Shown: in pieces, positions 16,112-25,005 of the stretch
Layout: each line of letters opens with the position of its first letter
Numbering within the stretch: position 1 is the first letter of the stretch
From: Candidatus Saccharimonadota bacterium
GTDB lineage: Bacteria > Patescibacteriota > Saccharimonadia > Saccharimonadales > UBA4665
DNA length: 32,000 nucleotides
NCBI GenBank assembly: GCA_016699955.1
Contig: CP064993.1
Coordinates: 1 to 32,000, forward strand
Direction of reading: 5' to 3'
Notes under the pieces: model-generated
The model's database searches: none
What the model was told of the DNA's origin: nothing
Seen by the model: only the letters and a program-made list of their open reading frames with translations
Position numbers and translations under genes: made by a program

Positions 16112-16762
16112 ATGAATGTAAACCGCCAAGCTAAAGTAGTGCTGTGTTACGGCGACAGTAATACTTGGGGTCAGAATGACGATAATAATTTCGCTAGTAG
16201 GTATGCCAGTAATGTTAGGTGGACTGGTAAGCTCCAAGAACTGCTTGGTGACGGGTACTACATTATAGAAGAGGGCTTGGGTGGCAGAACAACCAATCTA
16301 GATCGTTACAACCCTGCTAAGCAGTCACAAAACGGTTTATCCTATTTCAAGTCATGTATTATCAGTCACTCTCCTTTGGACATGGTTGTCATTATGCTTG
16401 GTACTAATGACCTGAAATCACGGTACGAACGTCCTGCCCGTGAGATTGCTGACACGCTGAAATTGTTTGTCGATGAAGTTTACGCTAACAATTCGAATGC
16501 TGTAATTCTGTTGGTGGCACCTATATTTGTTGACGACACAGCACCTAAGTTTACTGAGTATTATGCCGGCACATACGATAAGGTATCCGCCGAAAAATCT
16601 AGACAGCTTGGTAATGAAATCAAGCGACTAGCCGACGAAACGAATTCATTGTTCTTCGACGCAGCCACGGTTTCTAAGCCTGGCAAAGATGGCATCCATT
16701 TAGACGAACAATCACACTCACTATTGGCACAATCACTAGCTGAGATCATAAAGAATGAGTAG
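16112..16762 (+). CDS. SGNH/GDSL-family hydrolase (esterase/lipase-like)
   Basis: Block I CYGDSNTWG, block II GLGGRTT, block III MLGTNDL, block V DGIHLD. Confidence 0.9.
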   Translation: MNVNRQAKVVLCYGDSNTWGQNDDNNFASRYASNVRWTGKLQELLGDGYYIIEEGLGGRTTNLDRYNPAKQSQNGLSYFKSCIISHSPLDMVVIMLGTNDLKSRYERPAREIADTLKLFVDEVYANNSNAVILLVAPIFVDDTAPKFTEYYAGTYDKVSAEKSRQLGNEIKRLADETNSLFFDAATVSKPGKDGIHLDEQSHSLLAQSLAEIIKNE

Positions 16763-17705
16763 CTGGTGGCAATTAGGAGAGGAAAGTGGCCAGTTTGGTA
16801 CTAATCGGGCACTTTATCAATCAGACCACCTCCGTGGTATAACCGCAGCATTAATATCGGCTGTTGCTAGCGCTGCATATATAGTTATAAACAAATATGT
16901 GTACCTACACTATGCGGTTAAACCAGCGCAGTACGTACCAATTTTTATGATTGCAACGGGCTTTTATGGCCTTCTTAACGTAGTTTTTCACATATGGAAA
17001 CAACGTGGCACTCACCAGAAGTACAAAAAGGGTCCATCCCTATTCGTCTACGCTGTCATCATTTCAGCTGGGCTTGGGCTAGTAGTTGTAGGTCAATATT
17101 TCACGAGCGCCGTTAACTCTAGCATTATTTTCCCGGCGATTATTGTTTGGACAGCGATTTTCTCGTGGGTGCTTCTAAGAGAGCGTTTCACTCGCTCTCA
17201 AATCATATGGTGTGTCGTCTTGTTCGTGGGTCTTTACATAGCGATTGTCGGTTTTCGTAGCTTGACGTTACATATTGGTGACCTAATCGTACTCGTCGGA
17301 ACTGCTTTCGTTGGCTTTTCTAATGCCTACTCGCGACCATTGATAGCCCGCGTTGGATCTGTGGTCGCCACAAACGCACGCGTTATCGTTGGTGCATTGA
17401 TGGCAATACTAATTGCATTGTTTACACTACGAGATGTAAGTATTAATAGTGGAGTTGTAATTTGGGCATTGGCAGCCGGTTTTTGTCTATACATCGGCGC
17501 GAGATCTTTTGCCCTGGCTACTCATTTAATCGATGCTAACCATACCTCCGTAATCAACAACATGCAGATAATCTTTGTGGGTGTTCTAAGTGTTTCTGTA
17601 CTTGGGGAAGACTATTCAGTTGAAAAACTAATCGGTTCTCTCATTGTTCTAACTAGCATCATTTTCATTGCACACGCCCGAAGCCGGAAAACTGCTACCA
17701 AGTAG
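16755..17705 (+). CDS. EamA/DMT-superfamily transporter
   Basis: About 10 predicted TM helices in two halves, a length typical for the family, and an 8-nt overlap with the upstream gene. Confidence 0.75.
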   Translation: MSSWWQLGEESGQFGTNRALYQSDHLRGITAALISAVASAAYIVINKYVYLHYAVKPAQYVPIFMIATGFYGLLNVVFHIWKQRGTHQKYKKGPSLFVYAVIISAGLGLVVVGQYFTSAVNSSIIFPAIIVWTAIFSWVLLRERFTRSQIIWCVVLFVGLYIAIVGFRSLTLHIGDLIVLVGTAFVGFSNAYSRPLIARVGSVVATNARVIVGALMAILIALFTLRDVSINSGVVIWALAAGFCLYIGARSFALATHLIDANHTSVINNMQIIFVGVLSVSVLGEDYSVEKLIGSLIVLTSIIFIAHARSRKTATK

Positions 17706-17776
17706 CTCAACCACGCTTCAGAACCAACACAAGTTTCTATGTTTGGCGCGATACTGGCGCTACAGACAATCATGAT

Positions 17777-17807
17777 AAAAATCCCGCCTACTAGTGGCGG
17801 GATTTTT
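17777..17807. terminator. bidirectional Rho-independent terminator
   Basis: aaaa-atcccgcc-tactagt-ggcgggat-tttt, lying between convergent genes. Confidence 0.8.
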
Positions 17808-17906
17808 ACATAAGTCTAGAGCGGTCAGTCACTACAACCCTGAACAATACTTATCCGTAAATATAGCACACTTTGCTTGAAAATGCTAGTTGTTATCCGA
17901 GGCGGA

Positions 17907-19787
17907 TTAGAATTGTCGGCGACGGCGCATACTGAAACGGCGCTTTGTTTGTGGCGCAAATGGTGTTGCAGCGAGCGGATCCGGCGACTCAAATGGCTCG
18001 GCAAGTGGCAACGGTGATGCCCCAAAATCAGCTGCAAGGTATGCCCGCTTGTGGCGGCGGAAAAGCAAATGACGGTACCATAGGAACCCACCGACTAATG
18101 CAGCCGAAGCCAAGGCAATGACATTGCCTGCGCCCGTTTCGGGCAGCGTTGCGGCTGGTGCAACACAGCGAACATCGTCTGCTGGTAGGCTTGCGTCGTA
18201 CTGGCATGGGTTGCAGCGAATATCGCCAACCGGAATGCCCGGCTTGCACTCAGGTACGGCTGGTTTAGATGGCTCAACTTTGGCGTAACAGTTAAAGCCT
18301 GACGCCTTCTCGACGCCAAACACATCAAAGTAGAGGGTTGCATGGGCGCTATACGTTCCTTGAGTTGGATACGTGTAGTCGGTAGTGATAGTACTGCTCC
18401 CCGCCGTAGCATTAACGCTGCGACTTTGCCCATCGCCAAAGACAAACAGTGCACGTTTTAGTACTGCGCCGTTGGCGGTTTTTGACTCTGCGGTAAACCG
18501 ATAGCCCATGGTTTGTCCGGAGAGCAGAGGGCCAGTTAGCCGCGAACATTCATAGACGGGCATAGGGTTCGTCACTACAGCAGTATCGCAGTCATCGTCT
18601 TTTGTCGGCTCGCCTGGGTTCACTTCTGGGGCACTGACACAGGCAGTGTTTGTTATGGCTTTGTCTGAGTAGGTCGTTACTTTTGCCGTTATTTTCAGGG
18701 TAACACTCGCATCTTTGGCAAGGCTTGGAATGGTATGTGTATAACTTTTGCCGTCAGCGGCTACTTTGCCGGTATCTGCTTTTACAAACACGACACCAGC
18801 TGGAGCTTTATCTGTCACGACAACACTAGTGAGTGCCTGTGAACCGGTGTTTTTAATAAGCAGACTATAGATAAATTCTTCGCCTACCTTTACTTCCTTG
18901 GTTTCAGCATCATTGACCTTTTTCTCTATGGAGACAGCTGGGACATCGACCCGAATGGGTAGCTGGCAGGTTTGACTGGTCGAAGTAATGCTCGTCCCGC
19001 CCGGAGCGCTGGCGGTAATAGTTAATTTTGCTGTATAAGTGCCTACTTTGTCGTAAGTGTGCTCAACTGCTTCAGTTGGATTTGTTTTGGTCACTGGCGC
19101 AGAACCATCGCCAAAGTCGTACACATATTTTGTTATTTGTGCGAGACCTGTTGCTCCTGCAGAAGCCGTAAAACGGTAAGTATTGGCCTTGCCGGCAACA
19201 GGTGATCTATTGAGCGCATTACATGTCGCGCCAGATGCAACTTTATCGCCTAAAACCGGATTTCCACAAACATTCATAACTGTAAACTGTGGGGTGCCGT
19301 TGCCGTCAAAGAGAACCTTAACCGCAAAGCTTTCTCTGCCACTAGCCCACCGCTGAGAAGGAGTTCCCGTGTAGTACGTCTTGCCTCCGATGCCGATTGC
19401 CGAAGAATTATTAAAATTAGACCGACCCATAGTTTTACTGTTTGTCATGACTGTTTGACCGTTCACGACTACTCTGCCGTCCCTGTAGACTGTCCCGTCC
19501 TTGGCGCTGCCGACAAATCTGGTATAATCTGCGCTACTAAGCCCAGAATACTGAAAGATTGCTTGCAGGTCTGTATGCCCAAGCCCATCACGATTCGCAC
19601 GTGTAACATCTATAAAATTCTGACTAGAGGTGAAGCCGCAGTGCATAATTGCATTTGTATCACAGTCCCCTGCGTTGACTTTCGGCGCGACAACCCCAAA
19701 GACCGCAACGAGCGAAATTATTCCAGACAAAAAAACTAGCTTTGCTCTTGAAGTTTCAAGTCGTATTTTTGTATTAAATGACTTCAT
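17907..19787 (-). CDS. sortase-anchored surface protein (N-terminal conserved domain, PKD-like and DUF11-like repeats, LPETG signal, long basic tail)
   Basis: Signal peptide (LVFLSGIISLVAVFGVVAPKVNA), FGDGS..HTY..GTYTA PKD motifs, DUF11-like VVVTDKAPAGVVFV, and LPETGAG + TM helix + a ~55-aa tail. Confidence 0.85.
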   Translation of the reverse strand: MKSFNTKIRLETSRAKLVFLSGIISLVAVFGVVAPKVNAGDCDTNAIMHCGFTSSQNFIDVTRANRDGLGHTDLQAIFQYSGLSSADYTRFVGSAKDGTVYRDGRVVVNGQTVMTNSKTMGRSNFNNSSAIGIGGKTYYTGTPSQRWASGRESFAVKVLFDGNGTPQFTVMNVCGNPVLGDKVASGATCNALNRSPVAGKANTYRFTASAGATGLAQITKYVYDFGDGSAPVTKTNPTEAVEHTYDKVGTYTAKLTITASAPGGTSITSTSQTCQLPIRVDVPAVSIEKKVNDAETKEVKVGEEFIYSLLIKNTGSQALTSVVVTDKAPAGVVFVKADTGKVAADGKSYTHTIPSLAKDASVTLKITAKVTTYSDKAITNTACVSAPEVNPGEPTKDDDCDTAVVTNPMPVYECSRLTGPLLSGQTMGYRFTAESKTANGAVLKRALFVFGDGQSRSVNATAGSSTITTDYTYPTQGTYSAHATLYFDVFGVEKASGFNCYAKVEPSKPAVPECKPGIPVGDIRCNPCQYDASLPADDVRCVAPAATLPETGAGNVIALASAALVGGFLWYRHLLFRRHKRAYLAADFGASPLPLAEPFESPDPLAATPFAPQTKRRFSMRRRRQF

Positions 19788-19882
19788 AATGTTTTTTTGC
19801 CTTCTTTCTTGTAGAGTATAACCGTATTATTACATACGATTTATAGATGTACAACCCCACAGCGTGTAGACCGGTTTTAAGC

Positions 19883-19919
19883 AAAACCCCGCATCTCTTT
19901 GACAGAGAGCGGGGTTTTT
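19883..19919 (-). terminator. Rho-independent terminator downstream of the duplicated surface-protein gene
   Basis: ccccgc(a)tctct-ttgac-agagagcgggg, flanked by A4/T5 runs. Confidence 0.7.
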
Positions 19920-19959
19920 GGAGTGAGCGGTCAGTCTTGCTCGTTTGTCTTGAGAAGTT

Positions 19960-21114
19960 CTAACTTTCTCGGGAAAGTTTGCGGCTCAAGAACAACCGAT
20001 AGCCCACAGCGCTCAGGACACTTACGAATCCAAACAGTCCTATGACACTACCGGCACCCGTGTCAGGAAGAACCTGTGGTGTTGTAGGTGTGGTTGGGGT
20101 AGTCGGAGTAGTTGGGGTTGTAAATGTTACTGATTTTACGCAGTCTGCGTTATCTGCTGCGTACTTATCTTCGCCGTTGACATCGAACAGAAGCTTTACG
20201 CTCACACTAAACGTTCCGTCAGTTCCGTAGGTATGGGTCAAAGTAGTTTTGTCTGTTTCAAATGGTATGACATTTTGGCTACCATCACCCCATACGAGCG
20301 TCGTGTTTTTGTACGTCGCACCGTCTTTGGCAGTGTACTTAACTACCGCATTAACCGTACGATTTTCGTTGTTTGGTGTCAGTTTTAGGTCGTCACAGCT
20401 GTAGACTGGTATCACTACTGGGGGAGTTTTTACGGTGACAGTTGCATCATCGCAATCATCTTGGTCTTGACCTGGCTGATTAGGTACTTCTGTAGCATTG
20501 ACGCAAGCCGTGTTGTTTAGCGTGCCTTCAGTGTACTTAGTAACTTTTGCTGTCAAAGTGAAGCTCATGCTTTCACCTATTTTTAGGCTGGGGATGACGT
20601 AGTTCCAGGTGTTGCTGGTAATTGTTCCGACACCATTGGCGCTGACGAGTTGAATATTGGTATTTGAGGCAGGCGTATCGGTAACGGCGACGTTCTTCAA
20701 GTCTACTTCACCGTCGTTGGTAACTTTGATCTGGTAATTGTAGTTCTTTCCAACTTCAACTTCTACTGTTTCTTTACCTTCAACCTTTTTGTCTATCTTG
20801 ACGCTTGGCGTCTTTTGGACTGGAGGAGGTGTAAAGGTAACTGTCTTACTACAAGCAACGTTCGCTGCAGGAGCTTTGTCTGTACCGTTGACCGTAAACA
20901 ACATGTTTGCTTGTACAGTGTAAGTGCCAGCGGCGGCATAGGTGTGATTACCGGTTGTACCTGTTATGACATTTTGGCTACCATCACCCCATACGAGCGT
21001 CGTGTTTTTGTACGTCGCACCGTCTTTGGCAGTGTACTTAACTACCGCATTAACCGTACGATTTTCGTTGTTTGGTGTCAGTTTTAGGTCGTCACAGCTG
21101 TAGACTGGTATCAC
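19960..21114 (-). CDS. C-terminal fragment of a sortase-anchored PKD/DUF11 surface protein (LPDTG signal)
   Basis: Begins inside a repeat unit with no signal peptide. Ends with a (PTT)n linker, LPDTGAG, a TM helix and RKLSRES. Confidence 0.8.
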   Translation of the reverse strand: MIPVYSCDDLKLTPNNENRTVNAVVKYTAKDGATYKNTTLVWGDGSQNVITGTTGNHTYAAAGTYTVQANMLFTVNGTDKAPAANVACSKTVTFTPPPVQKTPSVKIDKKVEGKETVEVEVGKNYNYQIKVTNDGEVDLKNVAVTDTPASNTNIQLVSANGVGTITSNTWNYVIPSLKIGESMSFTLTAKVTKYTEGTLNNTACVNATEVPNQPGQDQDDCDDATVTVKTPPVVIPVYSCDDLKLTPNNENRTVNAVVKYTAKDGATYKNTTLVWGDGSQNVIPFETDKTTLTHTYGTDGTFSVSVKLLFDVNGEDKYAADNADCVKSVTFTTPTTPTTPTTPTTPQVLPDTGAGSVIGLFGFVSVLSAVGYRLFLSRKLSRES

Positions 21115-21789
21115 TACTGGGGAGTTTTTACGGTGACAGTTGCATCATCGCAATCATCTTGGTCTTGACCTGACTGATTAGGTACTTCTGTAGCATTGAC
21201 GCAAGCCGTGTTGTTTAGCGTGCCTTCAGTGTACTTAGTAACTTTTGCTGTCAAAGTGAAGCTCATGCTTTCACCTATTTTTAGGCTGGGGATGACGTAG
21301 TTCCAGGTGTTGCTGGTAATTGTTCCGACACCATTGGCGCTGACGAGTTGAATATTGGTATTTGAGGCAGGCGTATCGGTAACGGCGACGTTCTTCAAGT
21401 CTACTTCACCGTCGTTGGTAACTTTGATCTGGTAATTGTAGTTCTTTCCAACTTCAACTTCTACTGTTTCTTTACCTTCAACCTTTTTGTCTATCTTGAC
21501 GCTTGGCGTCTTTTGGACTGGAGGAGGTGTAAAGGTAACTGTCTTACTACAAGCAACGTTCGCTGCAGGAGCTTTGTCTGTACCGTTGACCGTAAACAAC
21601 ATGTTTGCTTGTACAGTGTAAGTGCCAGCGGCGGCATAGGTGTGATTACCGGTTGTACCTGTTATGACATTTTGGCTACCATCACCCCATACGAGCGTCG
21701 TGTTTTTGTACGTCGCACCGTCTTTGGCAGTGTACTTAACTACCGCATTAACCGTACGATTTTCGTTGTTTGGTGTCAGTTTTAGGTCG
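20266..21789 (-). repeat. tandem duplication, 2.18 copies of a 699-bp (233-codon) PKD+DUF11 unit
   Basis: The ORF track shows identical 90-aa shadow ORFs at 20815..21087 and 21513..21785 (offset 698). The protein segments are identical except P/S (NQPGQ vs NQSGQ). One copy junction has G4 (21119-21122) instead of G5 (20420-20424). Confidence 0.9.
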
Positions 21790-22340
21790 TCACATGTCAG
21801 TACCGGAACAACAACCGTGTTCTGTGCTTTTACGGGATTACCACATGACTTAATGACTGCTCCAACAAAACGTCCTTGAGCATCAAGCCACACAAAGGCA
21901 GATATTTGGGTGCTTGCAAAACTTACACTCGGTGGTCTCTGATAAAAGGTTTTGCCTCCAGCTTGGATGGTTGTACTACCCGGCATGTATTGTCGACCGA
22001 CAGTTACAGCATTATTTGCCACAACCTTGCCGTCAACGAGAACTTTGCCGTCCTTTGTAACGTACCCCGATTTGGCACTTGCTGCGCCGTTAACCATACT
22101 ACTTGTGATGCCGAAATAGTCATACAGCGACGGAATGTCGCCGGTATACTTAGCTTTCAGTGTTGCGGCATCGTAAGCACCACAATACATGACGGCATTA
22201 GCATCACAGTCAGCCGCACTTGAGCTTCGAGAATCAACGTACAAATTAGTTGCACTATATAATACAGCCATAAATAAGACGACAGCAGATACTGTAAGTA
22301 CCTTCTTAAATCGTTTCCCAGTGCCCTTGAAATTGAACAT
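21114..22340 (-). CDS. N-terminal fragment of the same surface protein (signal peptide, conserved N-domain, PKD + DUF11)
   Basis: Signal/TM LTVSAVVLFMAVLYSA and an N-domain paralogous to the 626-aa protein. Terminates at ..TVKTPQ* where the sister repeat reads ..TVKTPPVVIPVYSCDD. RBS is aagggaga. Confidence 0.8.
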   Translation of the reverse strand: MFNFKGTGKRFKKVLTVSAVVLFMAVLYSATNLYVDSRSSSAADCDANAVMYCGAYDAATLKAKYTGDIPSLYDYFGITSSMVNGAASAKSGYVTKDGKVLVDGKVVANNAVTVGRQYMPGSTTIQAGGKTFYQRPPSVSFASTQISAFVWLDAQGRFVGAVIKSCGNPVKAQNTVVVPVLTCDDLKLTPNNENRTVNAVVKYTAKDGATYKNTTLVWGDGSQNVITGTTGNHTYAAAGTYTVQANMLFTVNGTDKAPAANVACSKTVTFTPPPVQKTPSVKIDKKVEGKETVEVEVGKNYNYQIKVTNDGEVDLKNVAVTDTPASNTNIQLVSANGVGTITSNTWNYVIPSLKIGESMSFTLTAKVTKYTEGTLNNTACVNATEVPNQSGQDQDDCDDATVTVKTPQ

Positions 22341-22412
22341 AGTCTTCTCCCTTTTCTCACAACTTATACATTTTTATCGCAGAGATCGAAGGTGATCTGT
22401 GCCCTGACCTTG

Positions 22413-22441
22413 ATATTACTATGTTTTGGTTTTTTTGTCAA
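22413..22441 (-). promoter_or_regulatory. sigma70-like promoter TTGACA-17-TAATAT (proximal) for the surface-protein gene
   Basis: Minus strand: -35 at 22441-22436 and -10 at 22418-22413, about 70 nt upstream of the ATG at 22340. Confidence 0.5.
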
Positions 22442-22491
22442 GTGTATTGTTTACTGACACTTGCTTTGTCATGCATTTTCGTTTTGTATTG

Positions 22492-22520
22492 ATTGTAGTA
22501 GCGTATTTGGTTTTTGTCAA
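22492..22520 (-). promoter_or_regulatory. second sigma70-like promoter TTGACA-17-TACAAT (distal)
   Basis: Minus strand: -35 at 22520-22515 and -10 at 22497-22492. It shares the tttttgtcaa context with the proximal one. Confidence 0.45.
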
Positions 22521-22769
22521 TAATGTTTAACTATAAGCGTTTTGGTCGAAATCCGATAGGCCTCGGATCAAGCACTCACTGCGTATGCCACGCCCGCTAG
22601 ACTTTTCAGTCAACCGGTGTACTTTAATAGAAACCCTATGCCCCAGGTTTTCCGAAGTCAAAAGCAATCTTGATTCAGTTTTCCAGTCGATGTTCTTTTC
22701 GCCGCGAATAACCCGTGCTCGGCGCTTAGACCGAGCCCTATCAACGAAGCACTACTAGCCATACGCCGT

Positions 22770-24929
22770 TCAAATACTGCTTGGTTTGCTAAAGCGGAAG
22801 CCAAAGGTGCTGCCTTTGCCTTCTTGGCTCTCAAAAATTACACTGCCACCCTGAGCAACAATCACTTTTTTGGCCATGTACAAGCCCAGCCCTGTGCCGT
22901 CCGGCCTCATACGGCGAGCATTATCTGCCCGATAAAACTTGGTGAAAAGGTGCCTATGTTGCTCCCGCGGAACGCCTATGCCATTGTCTTTTATTCGCAG
23001 CTCAACAGCTGTGAGCGTCTCGATCAAGGCAACCTCTATGTGGCCCTTTTCGGGCGTGTAATATATAGCATTGTCTAAAAAGTTCATCACCACCTGATGC
23101 ATCTTGCCCTCGTCCAGCGGCAGCAGTACGAATGTCTTTGGCGCAGAATAAGTAATATGTACATTTTTTGCTTTGGCAGTTTCATTCAGCTGCTCAACTT
23201 CTTGGTCAACGACTACACGCAGGTCAGTTGGCGCAGCGTCTATGACAAACTTACCGGTGTTTAGGCGGGACAGGTTCAATAAGTCGGCGATAAGGTTCAC
23301 CATCCGTTGACTGCTCATGAACGACTGTTTGAGTAACTGCTCCTGCTGTGGCTTCAGTGGGCCCGCATCGCCCTCCAGCACCATACTAAGGTAACCCTTG
23401 ATGCTTGTCAGCGGCGTCCGCAACTGGTGAGATGCCATAGATATAAACTCATCCTTGGTCTCATCTAGTTTCTTGAGTCGCTCATTGGCTGCGCTATACT
23501 TCCGTGTCTGCTCCTCAACCCGTGCCTGAAGCGTTTTGTTAAATTCCTGAATTTCCTCAAAATGCAATGCGTTTTGGATGGCAATCACGAGGGTATTGGC
23601 AGCCGCACTCATAACCTGGATGTCTTGCTGGTCATACGGCTTTCCACTCTTACGTGAGCCAAAAAGAATATACCCCAAAAGATCCTGTTTAGTACGCCCT
23701 ACCGCCACCAACCTCGCCGCCGCCGCAATGTCATAAGACCCATGGCTTTCATTGCTAAGATAAAAACCTTCGGGAATTGTCGCGACAATAACATTGTCTT
23801 GTTTATGCTCAAAAGCCCGCCTGATCATGTTGGCATCAATATTTGTATTGTCACCTGATGATCTATTGACCAAATGCATCTTACCACTCTCAAGATCTTT
23901 GAGAACAAAATCACATTGTTCTGGCTTGAGTGCTTTACTGAGTACCTCTGCACTTGAGTCAAGTAAATCCCTCAAGTTGATTTTCGAAACTAGTGTTTTA
24001 TTTAGTTCGCTCAATATCAATGCCGGATCATAAGAATCTCGAAAGAAAATCCGGTTGGAGATTCTGTTAAACCATAGCATCAAGCGAGAATAATTTGTCG
24101 CACCGATTGTACCAATGGCCACGGCAAAAATAAATTGCCACCAGGAAAAGTTGATGTCAAGAATAACCACCATAACAAAAATAAGTGGGGCTACATATAG
24201 AATTGCTAGTACTAACATAGTCAAAGAGTAAGCGGCTGCGCGCACGGCAAATGCACGAATATCAAAAAGATTATGGCGCACCATTGCATAGCCGACCATG
24301 ATAACAAAAAAAGCAGAATAAACAGGCGTTAAAGCAATGAATCTCAAGTCACCCTCAGCGGCTGGTAAATACATACTTGTTATCGGGGCTAGAAAAAGTA
24401 CAGGTAAAAAACCGATGAGAAGGTATAGCGACTGTGCTCGTATATGAGGTTTGTGATTACGCCTGAAGCCATCACTTAATTCCCGGGTGATTAGATAAAC
24501 AAAATAACCCACCAGGACACCGTATAGGCTCATCCCCCAACCAAATCTTAAAATCTGCCGCGGCCCTTCGTTGATGAAGCCGCCAATCACAAACGGCGTC
24601 AGGCTGAACACTACGGCAATAATACCTATTCCAATTCTAAGCGGCTGCAGATTATTTTTTTCAGGGATTTTGACCAAACCCACGATCAAGAAGTACGTAC
24701 TCATTATCGCTGTTGCAGTACATGCCATAACAAGGCGCGCATATACAATCTTTTGCTCTCCTTCGGCACCCGTCGAAAGAAAGTTGAACAAACCTAGCAA
24801 AACGTAAGCAAGAGAAGTAAACAGATATACTTTATCTGTTTTTTGTCGAGAATTTTTCACCCATACCACCAAGCCGGTCAACACACTCAATAATATACTA
24901 ATCACAGCAATTATTAAGGCGGCACTCAT
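22770..24929 (-). CDS. sensor histidine kinase with a multi-pass membrane N-terminal domain
   Basis: About 290 aa of consecutive TM helices, a central sensor-like domain, the HisKA H-box SHQLRTPLTSIKGY, and HATPase_c N/G boxes (NFLDNAIYYT, DNGIGV, GTGLGL). Confidence 0.9.
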   Translation of the reverse strand: MSAALIIAVISILLSVLTGLVVWVKNSRQKTDKVYLFTSLAYVLLGLFNFLSTGAEGEQKIVYARLVMACTATAIMSTYFLIVGLVKIPEKNNLQPLRIGIGIIAVVFSLTPFVIGGFINEGPRQILRFGWGMSLYGVLVGYFVYLITRELSDGFRRNHKPHIRAQSLYLLIGFLPVLFLAPITSMYLPAAEGDLRFIALTPVYSAFFVIMVGYAMVRHNLFDIRAFAVRAAAYSLTMLVLAILYVAPLIFVMVVILDINFSWWQFIFAVAIGTIGATNYSRLMLWFNRISNRIFFRDSYDPALILSELNKTLVSKINLRDLLDSSAEVLSKALKPEQCDFVLKDLESGKMHLVNRSSGDNTNIDANMIRRAFEHKQDNVIVATIPEGFYLSNESHGSYDIAAAARLVAVGRTKQDLLGYILFGSRKSGKPYDQQDIQVMSAAANTLVIAIQNALHFEEIQEFNKTLQARVEEQTRKYSAANERLKKLDETKDEFISMASHQLRTPLTSIKGYLSMVLEGDAGPLKPQQEQLLKQSFMSSQRMVNLIADLLNLSRLNTGKFVIDAAPTDLRVVVDQEVEQLNETAKAKNVHITYSAPKTFVLLPLDEGKMHQVVMNFLDNAIYYTPEKGHIEVALIETLTAVELRIKDNGIGVPREQHRHLFTKFYRADNARRMRPDGTGLGLYMAKKVIVAQGGSVIFESQEGKGSTFGFRFSKPSSI

Positions 24930-25005
24930 TGGTTTTAGTATAACTGAATAGTCATTAAAGCATAGGCTGAATTGTATTTATCAGCTCAAATACATCTTGA
25001 GTAAG

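Noticed and set aside
20815-21785. Two identical 90-aa plus-strand ORFs (20815..21087 and 21513..21785) as duplicated genes
   Set aside because: They are antisense shadows of the duplicated PKD/DUF11 coding unit. Their composition is Cys/Arg-rich junk, and they have no RBS.
22560-22770. An unassigned ~200 bp downstream of the kinase gene, with a 57-codon plus-strand ORF and a weak 5-bp hairpin
   Set aside because: It has no motif, no RBS and no T-run after the hairpin. I cannot support any feature here.
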